This document shows, in pieces, positions 42,595-54,195 of a stretch of 64,000 nt of DNA (its first letter is position 1; the number at the start of each line of letters is the position of its first letter). Source of the stretch: a bacterium (GTDB lineage Bacteria; UBA8248; JACPRG01; G963555815); contig OZ244653.1 in assembly GCA_965218795.1 (NCBI GenBank), positions 160,001 to 224,000 of the forward strand, written 5' to 3'. The position numbers and the translations under genes were made by a program. The notes beneath the pieces are model-generated. The model made no database searches and was not told the DNA's origin. It saw only the letters and a list, made by a program, of their open reading frames with translations.

Positions 42595-45126
42595 GTGGAC
42601 TCCATTTTCGATTGGCCAGGCAAGTCCGACAACAATGACAACGAGCGCCCGGCAGTCCTGCACATGATGGATGTGGCGGCGTGCGCTGAACGACTAATCG
42701 ACGGGCACACGGCGTTCGGCGGACTCTCCGTGGCTCAGCGCCGCGCGCTGGTGATCCTGGTTGCACTCCACGATGTCGGCAAGTTGTCCGAGAGTTTCCG
42801 GGCCCTTATCCGCGCCGGCGAGAGGGGAGCACCGCCGCATTGGCAGCTCTCCGACTTTCTGTTGTGTGGGACCTTGGACGAGGTGCTGAGCAGACTCGGT
42901 GCCGATGAATGGGTGCGCACACAATTATACGCTGCCGTGGCCGGGCATCACGGACAGCCGCCGACGCGGGCAAGTGGTAATCGAACCGAGAGACGCAAGC
43001 GGCAGCATGCCGTCGGTAGCGGCAAAGAGGCGGCGCGAGAGTGGGCACTCCGACTGATGGAGGTGTTCCCGGACGCGTCGCTGGAAGGCATTACGTTCGA
43101 CGACGCCAAGGCGCTCAGCTGGGCGTTGAGCGGCCTCACTGTTGCCGCGGACTGGGTGGGCTCGAATACCGACTGGTTCCCGGTTGAGCCGGGCCTTCAC
43201 GATATTGAGGCAGCGCTTGCAGAATCGCGACGCCGCGCCGGTCGAGCGATTGAGTCAGCGGGTCTTGATCCGCCCTGTCCTGCACCGGTCGATGGCGACG
43301 CGCTCATCGGAGTGACCGAATTGCGACCGATGCAGCAGGCGGCATTAACGATTGGGCTGGAGGAAGGACCTCAACTGGCTGTTCTCGAAGACGCGACCGG
43401 CACCGGAAAGACCGAGGCAGCTCTCATCCTGGCCCATCGCATGATAGCGGCGGGCAAGGCGCGAGGGTTGTTTTTTGCGCTCCCCACCATGGCTACATCC
43501 AATGCTATGTTCGAGCGCATGAAAAAGATCGCGCCGGAATTGTTCAAGACTTGGCCGTCGATGGTGCTGACGCACAGCCGGGCGAAGCTAAGCGAAACTG
43601 TTCGGGGTTTGCGCGGAGCAAAGGCCGATGAAACCCCGGAGGCCGATGGCGCCGCTTGGCTTACGGACAACCGCCGACGATCGTTGCTGGCTACAGTGGG
43701 GGTTGGGACGGTCGATCAGGCGTTACTCGGCATCCTCCCCACCCGCTTCTCGACGCTCAGGCTGTTCGGCTTGGCGGACAAGGTGCTAATCGTCGACGAG
43801 GCCCACAGTTACGACCCCTATATGCAAGAGCAGTTGGAGACGTTGTTGAGAATGCAGGCCCAACTCGGCGGTTCGGCCATCCTGATGACTGCGACCCTGC
43901 CGTTGGAGATGCGCCGGGCGTACGTCAAAGCGTTCCGGGAGGGGATCGCGGCGAGAGCGGCAGACCTCTCGGCTATGTACTATCCCGGACTGCATCTTGT
44001 CGGTCGCGGGTTGTGCACCCAAGTCGTTGAGCCCCTGGCCGAGAGTGTTCGTACTGTCTCGGTCGTTCGGCTTCCGAGAGCGGATGATGCAATGGACCTG
44101 CTGAAGGAGGCGGCGGGAAGGGATGCGGCGTGCGTATGGGTGCGGAACGCCGTCGATGACGCCATCGAGACGGCCGAGGCATTGAGGCGGCGGGGAGTGA
44201 ATGTGGACCTGCTCCATGCCCGTTTCGCCATGGTCGACCGACTACGCCATGAACAGGCGCTGCTGGGCCGGTTTGGGAAGAATGGGTTAGGACGCGAGGG
44301 CCGGGTTCTGGTGGCGACGCAGGTGGTTGAGGCGTCGCTCGACCTCGACTTCGACGTTATGGTCTCAGATCTCGCGCCGATCGGCTCGCTGATCCAGAGA
44401 GCAGGCAGGCTTTGGCGACATATGGATGTGCGTCGCGAGGCCGTTCGTCCGTTCCCCGGCCCTATCTTGCACGTAATTTCGCCGGACCCGGAGAAGGTGG
44501 AAGGAGACGGCTGGCTTCACGACGTGCTCGATCGGGGGGCGTGGGTGTATCGACTCGACCACCAGTGGCGGACAGCGAAGGCGATGTTCGAGGCGGGCGA
44601 GATCGTCGCGCCGGACGGACTTCGCGTCTTGATTGAGACTGTACACGGCGAGGGGGAGTTACAGGTCCCCAAGTTACTCGAGGAGGCGCAGCAAAGGGCC
44701 GATGGCCAGGCAATGGCCGAGGCGGGATTGGCGCAGGTCAACGTGGTGGAAGGAGCGGCCGGTTATCTCACCGGAACCCGTGGCTCGGTCGGCAATGACG
44801 CGCTGTTTCCGACGCGCCTCGGGGAGCCGCAAGTGACGATGGTGCTGGCGCGACGCGACGGCGACCGCTTGCTTCCATGGGCTGAAGATGATGATCCGGC
44901 AGTGGCTTGGGCCTTGTCGGAGGTATCTGCCGCCCGTAAGCGATTCGAGCGCCTATTGCCGGATCAGGAAACGCCGGAAATCCGTGATGTCAAGGAAAAT
45001 TGGCCCGAATGGCGGCGTGAGGCCTACCATGTCTGCCCAGTCGACAAGGCTGGAGCGATTGGCGAAAGGATGCTATATGATTCCGAGCGAGGCCTCCATC
45101 TGTGCGCATTCCGTGACCCGTCTTGA
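42595..45126 (+). CDS. cas3: CRISPR-associated helicase/nuclease Cas3
   Basis: LHDVGK HD domain, AVAGHHG, TGTGKTE, VDEAH, ATQVVEASLDLDFD and QRAGR motifs. Confidence 0.95.
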   Translation: MDSIFDWPGKSDNNDNERPAVLHMMDVAACAERLIDGHTAFGGLSVAQRRALVILVALHDVGKLSESFRALIRAGERGAPPHWQLSDFLLCGTLDEVLSRLGADEWVRTQLYAAVAGHHGQPPTRASGNRTERRKRQHAVGSGKEAAREWALRLMEVFPDASLEGITFDDAKALSWALSGLTVAADWVGSNTDWFPVEPGLHDIEAALAESRRRAGRAIESAGLDPPCPAPVDGDALIGVTELRPMQQAALTIGLEEGPQLAVLEDATGTGKTEAALILAHRMIAAGKARGLFFALPTMATSNAMFERMKKIAPELFKTWPSMVLTHSRAKLSETVRGLRGAKADETPEADGAAWLTDNRRRSLLATVGVGTVDQALLGILPTRFSTLRLFGLADKVLIVDEAHSYDPYMQEQLETLLRMQAQLGGSAILMTATLPLEMRRAYVKAFREGIAARAADLSAMYYPGLHLVGRGLCTQVVEPLAESVRTVSVVRLPRADDAMDLLKEAAGRDAACVWVRNAVDDAIETAEALRRRGVNVDLLHARFAMVDRLRHEQALLGRFGKNGLGREGRVLVATQVVEASLDLDFDVMVSDLAPIGSLIQRAGRLWRHMDVRREAVRPFPGPILHVISPDPEKVEGDGWLHDVLDRGAWVYRLDHQWRTAKAMFEAGEIVAPDGLRVLIETVHGEGELQVPKLLEEAQQRADGQAMAEAGLAQVNVVEGAAGYLTGTRGSVGNDALFPTRLGEPQVTMVLARRDGDRLLPWAEDDDPAVAWALSEVSAARKRFERLLPDQETPEIRDVKENWPEWRREAYHVCPVDKAGAIGERMLYDSERGLHLCAFRDPS

Positions 45127-45210
45127 CGAAGCTGTTCCGCTTTTTCGTGACTTGGGACGTTGAGAATGAACCTTTAGTACTCTTCTGGCTGTCGTGCCCG
45201 GAGCCCCCGG

Positions 45211-46719
45211 ATGTCGTTGAACCTCATTACGGATTCATGGATTCCAGCCCTGCGGGGAGGGGACCGCGTCACCATCCGCCCTGATCAGATTGCCGAGTCC
45301 GGCGTCACCACTCTTGTCTGGCAGCGGGCGGATTTCAACCTCGCCTGTCTTGAACTCCTGATCGGGTTGATCTCGATGGCCGATCCGCCGAAGGACGAGG
45401 CCGACTGGTTCTCACGCCTCAACCAACCCGACGCCAAGCGACTCCGCGAGGCGCTGGCGCCGTTTGCGCCCTGCTTTGCACTCGCGGGGGACGGACCGCG
45501 CTTTCTTCAGGATCTGGAAGCCTTCGAGCAGGCGGCCAAACCTTCTGACATCAAGTTAGTGGACATGCTGTTCATCGATTCCGCCGGCGACTCGACCGCG
45601 TTAAAGAACGCCGATCTGATGGTCAGGCGTCACCGATTTGACACTCTCTCGCCCGCAGAGGCCGCAATGGCGCTCTACACGCTTCAGGCGTTCGCTCCAT
45701 CCGGCGGAGCGGGCAACCGGACTTCGATGCGCGGCGGCGGGCCGATGACGACGCTTGTCCAGCCCCTGGATGAGGAAGGCGGGCGCTTCACGTTGTGGCG
45801 GCTGGTCTTCGCTAACGTCCTTCCCAGAGCGCCACTCGCGGTGGAGGATGTGAAAGCCGCGCTGCCCTGGCTACGTCCGACGCGGACTTCGGAGAAAGAC
45901 CAGATCGTGACTCAGGAAGACGCGCACCCGCTGGAGGCGTTCTTCGGCATGCCCCGGCGGTTGAGGTTCGTATTCAGCAAGGAGGACCGGGTCGTGGGCG
46001 TGGTCCAAAGGCCCTACGGGACGAACTACGCGGCGTGGGAGCACCCCCTGACGCCATACTATCGCCAGAAGGAAGACGCCGCTGAATGGCTGCCGGCCCA
46101 CCCCAAGGCCGGACGTCTCAGCTACCGAAACTGGTTGGGGGTTACAATGGAACCCGGCCAGGAAGGAAAAGGGACTCGACGCACCGCTAGAACCGTCCGC
46201 GAGTGCCGCAACCGTTCCCGAACGCCGGACTTCGAGCTCATGGTCGGCGGTTGGACGATGGACAACATGAAACCCGTCAGTTTTTCGCTCGACAAGTACC
46301 CCGCTTTTCCGGGTCTGGGCCAGGACGGCGAGGACCGGGTTCGCCGATTCGTGGAGGCCGCGAACGCCGCTTCACGTGCCCTTCTCAAGCAGATCAAGGC
46401 CGCCTGTCGGCTTGCGGGTACGTCCTCCGATATGGTGGCCGATTCCTTCTTCGCCGAGACCGAGGAGGAATTCATGAGAACGGTTCGACGAATCATCGAT
46501 GGCACAGGGCCTGAAGTCGAGGAAGCATGGCATCGAACCCTCAAAGGTCGGACGCTTTGTATGTTTGACGAGCACGTCCTCGGCGGCCTCACCGACCGTA
46601 ACATCGCGGGGATCGAAAGTCGGATCATCGCCCGGCGCAACTTGCTCGCTACGCTGGTGAGGCAGGTTCGCAAGGAGATGGACCTGCCCCTACCCGGCAA
46701 GAAGGAGAAACAGGCATGA
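45211..46719 (+). CDS. casA: Type I-E Cas8e (Cse1/CasA)
   Basis: MSLNLITDSWIP, RFLQD, GGAGNRTSMRGGGP and HPLTPY motifs; position in the operon. Confidence 0.92.
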   Translation: MSLNLITDSWIPALRGGDRVTIRPDQIAESGVTTLVWQRADFNLACLELLIGLISMADPPKDEADWFSRLNQPDAKRLREALAPFAPCFALAGDGPRFLQDLEAFEQAAKPSDIKLVDMLFIDSAGDSTALKNADLMVRRHRFDTLSPAEAAMALYTLQAFAPSGGAGNRTSMRGGGPMTTLVQPLDEEGGRFTLWRLVFANVLPRAPLAVEDVKAALPWLRPTRTSEKDQIVTQEDAHPLEAFFGMPRRLRFVFSKEDRVVGVVQRPYGTNYAAWEHPLTPYYRQKEDAAEWLPAHPKAGRLSYRNWLGVTMEPGQEGKGTRRTARTVRECRNRSRTPDFELMVGGWTMDNMKPVSFSLDKYPAFPGLGQDGEDRVRRFVEAANAASRALLKQIKAACRLAGTSSDMVADSFFAETEEEFMRTVRRIIDGTGPEVEEAWHRTLKGRTLCMFDEHVLGGLTDRNIAGIESRIIARRNLLATLVRQVRKEMDLPLPGKKEKQA

Positions 46720-47228
46720 CTGTCGGTGGTGTGGTCATCGAATGGTGGCAGTTTTCGCTGCGTCAAGATGACGGTGGAGCGCGGGCCGCACGCGCCCGGC
46801 TGAGGCGTTGTGATTCGCCTGCTGAGGCGCTTGCGGTTTCCGAGACGCACGACCTCAACAGGCGGCTGAAGATGATCGGGAAAACCCCGACGCCCGATCA
46901 GCTGGCACTCCTCACCACGACTTTTGCCGGGCTCAGAGGCATTGACGGCGATAAGCTCGCGGCCCTGTTCGGGAAAAAGGAAAACAGGGATAGTCCGCCT
47001 ACGCTTAGCGAGCTGCGGTTCCAATCGTTGATTCGCATTCGCTCGCGCCGCGATTTGATGGCGCCGCTTCGTCGTTCCCTCGCGGTCCTTGGAGCCAACC
47101 CCGCCTGCGACGGACGAGCGTTGGCCGAAGATCTCTACTTCTGGAACGACGGGGTCCGCAATCGGTGGTGTTTTCAATACTTCGGCGCCGAGTTCGCCGT
47201 AACCAACCAAGAGGAGAGTGTTCAATAA
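46716..47228 (+). CDS. casB: Type I-E Cas11 (Cse2/CasB)
   Basis: RARLRRC and LSELRFQSL motifs; translationally coupled. Confidence 0.9.
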   Translation: MTVGGVVIEWWQFSLRQDDGGARAARARLRRCDSPAEALAVSETHDLNRRLKMIGKTPTPDQLALLTTTFAGLRGIDGDKLAALFGKKENRDSPPTLSELRFQSLIRIRSRRDLMAPLRRSLAVLGANPACDGRALAEDLYFWNDGVRNRWCFQYFGAEFAVTNQEESVQ

Positions 47229-48304
47229 TGCGCTTCGTGCAACTTCACTTCCTGACCGTCTATCCGCCCTCAAACCCCAACCGAGACGACATGGGCCGCC
47301 CGAAGACGGCGGTCTACGGGGGCGTTCATCGGCTTCGGCTGTCGTCGCAGTCATTGAAACGAGCGGCCCGCCTGTCGCCTGCCATGTCCGACGCCTTGAA
47401 GGGCAACATGGGCGAGCGCACCCAACGTCTTGGCGACGAGGTGATGAAGCATCTGCGCGAACGGGGCGCGGACGACGGGAAAGCTCGCGAAATCGCCAAA
47501 CAGGTGGCCGAGGTCTTCGGCAAGTTCGACACCGAGGCGGAAAAGAAAAACCCGGACCATATCCGTATCAGACAGTTGGCGTTCATTTCGCCCGATGAAC
47601 GTCAGGCAGCGATGGAGATGGCGGAGCGGGCCCTGGCCGGCGAATCCCTCGACAAGGAAACCGGGAACTGTAGCAAGGAAATCCTGCGTGCCGCCGACGG
47701 AGCGGTTGACCTCGCCATGTTCGGGCGCATGCTGGCCGATGCGCCGGATTTCAACCGAGAGGCTGCGGTGCAGGTTTCGCACGCCATCACGACGCACCAA
47801 GCTGAGGTGGAAGACGACTATTACACCGCCGCCGATGACCTGAAGAAACCGGCCGAGGACATGGGTGCGGGATTCGTCGGTGAGGCTGGGTTCGGGTCCG
47901 GCGTATATTACCTCTATGTCTGCGTTGATACCGTCCAGCTCGTGGAAAACCTCGCAGGTGATCGTGTGCTGGCACGAAAAGCACTGGAGGCGGTGACCGA
48001 AGCATTCGCCACCTCCAGTCCGTCCGGCAAGCGTAACAGCTACAGCCACCACACCCGCGCATCGTACATTCGTGCCGAGGCCGGAGACCAGCAACCGCGA
48101 AGTCTGGCGGCGGCGTTCTTAAACCCTGTCAAGGCGGATGACCTTCTCGGCGAATCCATCAACCGGCTCAAGAAGACGGTGGACGCTATTGACAAGGCGT
48201 ACGGCGCCTCGACCCACGAATCGGCGGAGATGGATCTGGCCAGCGGTTCCGGCGCCTTGGCCGAGATCAAGGCCTTTGTAGGCAGGCAGGTGGGCGATGC
48301 GTGA
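47228..48304 (+). CDS. cas7e: Type I-E Cas7 (Cse4/CasC)
   Basis: PSNPNRDDMGRPK, SSQSLKR, AMFGRM and EDDYYTA motifs. Confidence 0.95.
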   Translation: MRFVQLHFLTVYPPSNPNRDDMGRPKTAVYGGVHRLRLSSQSLKRAARLSPAMSDALKGNMGERTQRLGDEVMKHLRERGADDGKAREIAKQVAEVFGKFDTEAEKKNPDHIRIRQLAFISPDERQAAMEMAERALAGESLDKETGNCSKEILRAADGAVDLAMFGRMLADAPDFNREAAVQVSHAITTHQAEVEDDYYTAADDLKKPAEDMGAGFVGEAGFGSGVYYLYVCVDTVQLVENLAGDRVLARKALEAVTEAFATSSPSGKRNSYSHHTRASYIRAEAGDQQPRSLAAAFLNPVKADDLLGESINRLKKTVDAIDKAYGASTHESAEMDLASGSGALAEIKAFVGRQVGDA

Positions 48305-49031
48305 GCATTTGGTGTTCCTCCTATCCGGGCCCATGGCTTCGTTCGGCGGCTATGCCGGGCATGAACGTCGAGGGAGCGGGGTGGTCCCCATGCGTTCGGC
48401 GGTACTGGGGCTGTTGGGCGCGGCGCTCGGCATCAACCGGGCGGACGCCGAAGGTCAGGCGGCCCTTCGCGCGTATTCGGTGGCCGTGCAGCCGTTTCAA
48501 GAATCGGCACCGTTTAGGGATTACCACACGGTGCAAACGGTACCGACGGCTGGGGCCAAACGACCGCCAACCCGAAAACATGCACTAGCGCGCGTCGGAC
48601 GCGAGATCAATACGGTCATCACCATTCGCGATTACCGATGCGACGTTCTGATCGGGGTTGCACTTTGGGGCAATGGCCAGTGGACACTTGGCGATCTTTC
48701 CCTTCGCCTACGACGACCCGTGTTTCCCCTCTATCTCGGTCGTAAGTCATGCCCGTTGGCGAGCCCTCTCAACCCTGATGTGGTAATGGCGGCGGGGCCG
48801 GTCGAGGCGCTGGCTCGCATTGAAATCCCGGAGTGGCTGCGCCCCGAAAGGTGGTCCGAACAAGGGCGCGGGCGACACCCCGTCTACTCCGATCCGGTGG
48901 ACGGCCTTGACCCCCCGCCGTCGATAGAACAGGTCCCGGGCGAGCCGCTCGATCGTCAAGTCTGGACCTTCGGCGAGCGGAGCGTCTGGCACATGGGAGA
49001 CCACCGAAGCGGACCGAGGGGCGAGGCATGA
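48297..49031 (+). CDS. cas5e: Type I-E Cas5 (CasD)
   Basis: GPMASFG, SAVLGLLGAALG, DYHT and LYLGRKSC motifs. Confidence 0.95.
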   Translation: MREHLVFLLSGPMASFGGYAGHERRGSGVVPMRSAVLGLLGAALGINRADAEGQAALRAYSVAVQPFQESAPFRDYHTVQTVPTAGAKRPPTRKHALARVGREINTVITIRDYRCDVLIGVALWGNGQWTLGDLSLRLRRPVFPLYLGRKSCPLASPLNPDVVMAAGPVEALARIEIPEWLRPERWSEQGRGRHPVYSDPVDGLDPPPSIEQVPGEPLDRQVWTFGERSVWHMGDHRSGPRGEA

Positions 49032-49753
49032 CGCATTACCTGACCCGCGCTGTACTCAATCGAAAAGCGCCGGAACACGCGCTCAGGTCTTTGTTCGACC
49101 CACTGGACGCGGACGCGGCGTTCGATGCCCATCACCGGTTGATGTGGACGTTGTTCCCGGATCCCGATGCGAAGCGCGACTTCCTGTGGCGCGCTGACGA
49201 CAATGGCAAGTTCTTGATCCTCTCTGCCCGTGAACCGCAGGGCTCGCGCCTGTTCGAACCGCTTGAGTCCAAGCCCTTCGAACCGATGATGGCGGCGGGA
49301 GACCGGCTCGTGTTCATCTTGCGAGCCAACGCCACCAAGGACCGACGGTCCGGGCTGCAAGACGACGTCCCCCCAGGCACCAAGCGCAGGCCACGCAAGG
49401 ATCGCCGTGTCGATATAGTGATGCATGCGATGCGGGAACAGGGAATCAAAAGCGGGACCATCGGCGCCGATTCCCGCGTCTCCCGGCGCATGGATGTGGC
49501 CAGGGAGGCAGCGCAGGCGTGGCTCGCCGCTCAGGGTGAGCGCCGGGGTTTTTCGGTCGACGCGCTGGCGATCGAGGACTACCGAGTCTGCAAATTAAAG
49601 CGCCGGGGTGGCAAGGAGGCAACCTTCGGCGTGATTGATCTCAGGGGCCTGTTGTCCGTTCGAGACCCGAAGGCCTTCACCAGTGCGTTATTCACGGGTT
49701 TTGGCCGCTCCAAGGCCTACGGTTGCGGCCTGATGTTAGTGCGCCGCACCTGA
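49028..49753 (+). CDS. cas6e: Type I-E Cas6 (Cse3/CasE)
   Basis: HRLMWTLF, LRANAT and C-terminal GFGRSKAYGCGLM. Confidence 0.95.
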   Translation: MTHYLTRAVLNRKAPEHALRSLFDPLDADAAFDAHHRLMWTLFPDPDAKRDFLWRADDNGKFLILSAREPQGSRLFEPLESKPFEPMMAAGDRLVFILRANATKDRRSGLQDDVPPGTKRRPRKDRRVDIVMHAMREQGIKSGTIGADSRVSRRMDVAREAAQAWLAAQGERRGFSVDALAIEDYRVCKLKRRGGKEATFGVIDLRGLLSVRDPKAFTSALFTGFGRSKAYGCGLMLVRRT

Positions 49754-49768
49754 ATCGTCGTCATATCG

Positions 49769-52114
<2,346 letters not shown>

Positions 52115-52159
52115 GTCGCCTTTGAGCCCCGGGAATCTAGGGAGGAAACGACCGAGTAA

Positions 52160-52271
52160 GGAATGAGGAACCGCTAAAAGCCATGACCGAAGCTTTGAAC
52201 AAAGCTCGGAAAAAATCGGTAACCCAGGGCGATGCCGAATATGGCTTTTGAATCAATAGGTTCCAGGAAGT
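52160..52271 (+). promoter_or_regulatory. CRISPR leader with IHF-like site
   Basis: AT-richer segment. AATCAATAGGTTC (52251-52263) resembles WATCAANNNNTTR and lies just upstream of repeat 1. Confidence 0.7.
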
Positions 52272-53886
52272 ATGTTCCCCGCCCACGCGGGGATGAACCG
52301 TAATCCTCCTCAATGTGCAAGGCTATGACCTCATGTTCCCCGCCCACGCGGGGATGAACCGAAGGGTTCGGCGACGCGCCATTGAGTACCCGAATGTTCC
52401 CCGCCCACGCGGGGATGAACCGCCAGGGTAGAAACTCCGTGGCCCGCTCCGGGTATGTTCCCCGCCCACGCGGGGATGAACCGGTGCTCCGCAGACCCGA
52501 ATCGTACGTGGCGAGATGTTCCCCGCCCACGCGGGGATGAACCGGGCATGAGCAAAACCCATTTCGCCAGAGAAATATGTTCCCCGCCCACGCGGGGATG
52601 AACCGATACGGATGGGCGATTACTTGGCGGACCCATGATGTTCCCCGCCCACGCGGGGATGAACCGACGGCATGCTGAAGGAGTAAGGCGAATGACAGAT
52701 GTTCCCCGCCCACGCGGGGATGAACCGTGGCAGGTCATTGTATCCGATGAGGTTATCGAATGTTCCCCGCCCACGCGGGGATGAACCGATTGAAGGAGGT
52801 AGAAAATGCAGGGAAACGGGATGTTCCCCGCCCACGCGGGGATGAACCGACTGGGAAAATCGGACGGGTCAACGTTATTCGATGTTCCCCGCCCACGCGG
52901 GGATGAACCGACGGGAACCATCCGCCATAGACGCTGAGGATTATGTTCCCCGCCCACGCGGGGATGAACCGTTATTCAGATACGCTTTGTTTATTGCAAT
53001 CTTATGTTCCCCGCCCACGCGGGGATGAACCGTCTGGTGCCCTTTCATCCGGACCGGTGAGAAGATGTTCCCCGCCCACGCGGGGATGAACCGAATATCA
53101 ATTAGATTTAATGAATCAAGTCGTAATGTTCCCCGCCCACGCGGGGATGAACCGAAGAATATCCGTACTCACAAAGGAGGTGAACCATGTTCCCCGCCCA
53201 CGCGGGGATGAACCGACCGGCAAGATTGGAAGGGTCAACGTGATCAGATGTTCCCCGCCCACGCGGGGATGAACCGGGTTCAAGAGAAGTAGACAAAGTG
53301 CCTATGCGATGTTCCCCGCCCACGCGGGGATGAACCGTATTCGGGTCATCCAAGTTCAAGGCGGCTGCAATGTTCCCCGCCCACGCGGGGATGAACCGTC
53401 GCTTCCTGAGGCTTCCCTGAGCTTCATTAAATGTTCCCCGCCCACGCGGGGATGAACCGATTTACACCTGGTATCGTGATGCAGTTCTCCGATGTTCCCC
53501 GCCCACGCGGGGATGAACCGAAAGAAACTGCTCAATAAGAATATCCTCACTCATGTTCCCCGCCCACGCGGGGATGAACCGGAGGTCGCCCACATCCAGG
53601 CCGGCGCTGGCCGATGTTCCCCGCCCACGCGGGGATGAACCGTCCGTCCAGCGCCTTGTCGCTCCCGCACCTCGATGTTCCCCGCCCACGCGGGGATGAA
53701 CCGGAGGTGATGATGTGGCTTATCACCCGCCTCTGATGTTCCCCGCCCACGCGGGGATGAACCGACAGGAACCGGCTTGACATTCGCCCGTTTAAAATGT
53801 TCCCCGCCCACGCGGGGATGAACCGTGGCAGAAGCGATCTTTGAAGTGATCGCCCATATGTTCCCCGCCCACGTGGGGATGAACCG
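52272..53886 (+). CRISPR. Type I-E array: 27 x 29-bp repeat ATGTTCCCCGCCCACGCGGGGATGAACCG, 26 x 32-bp spacers
   Basis: Exact 61-bp period. The last repeat carries one C>T change in the stem. Confidence 0.99.
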
Positions 53887-54194
53887 ACGAGGGCCGCGAG
53901 TGAGACGGACTTGGGGGCCGAGAAGGTGAGGTCCTGCCTGGGCCGGAGATGGAAGTCGCCCTCCTTGCCCCTGCGTCCGAGCCTGCGGCCGGAGCCGTCG
54001 GGCACCTTGCCCTCCAGGACCGCCTGGAAGAGGTGGGGATCGACCGGGCCTTCGAGTCCGAGGTCCGCAGCACCCCTGCCGGCCCAGACGCTCGCCTGCC
54101 GGTGGGCTAGGTCGTCCCTGGCGTAGTAGCCGTCCTTTTCGTAATAGAAGACGCCCTGGGAGGCCGAGGCCACGGCGCCGATCGAGACGACCAC
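53887..54194 (-). pseudogene. MOBF relaxase N-terminal fragment truncated at the last CRISPR repeat
   Basis: FYYEKDGYY, WAGRG and QDLTFSAPKSVSLAALVG, then repeat sequence. Confidence 0.9.
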
Positions 54195-54195
54195 G

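Noticed and set aside
45127-45210. Possible mini-array (CreTA/CreR-like) between cas3 and casA
   Set aside because: Only 5-6 nt of similarity to the repeat and no repeat-like hairpin.
52174-53811. Minus-strand ORFs with repeated VHPRVGGEH / GSSPRGRGT / RFIPAWAGN peptides
   Set aside because: These are translations of the CRISPR repeat, not proteins.
52301-53857. Self-targeting spacers within the window
   Set aside because: No match was found by eye. An exhaustive alignment was not possible, so nothing is claimed.
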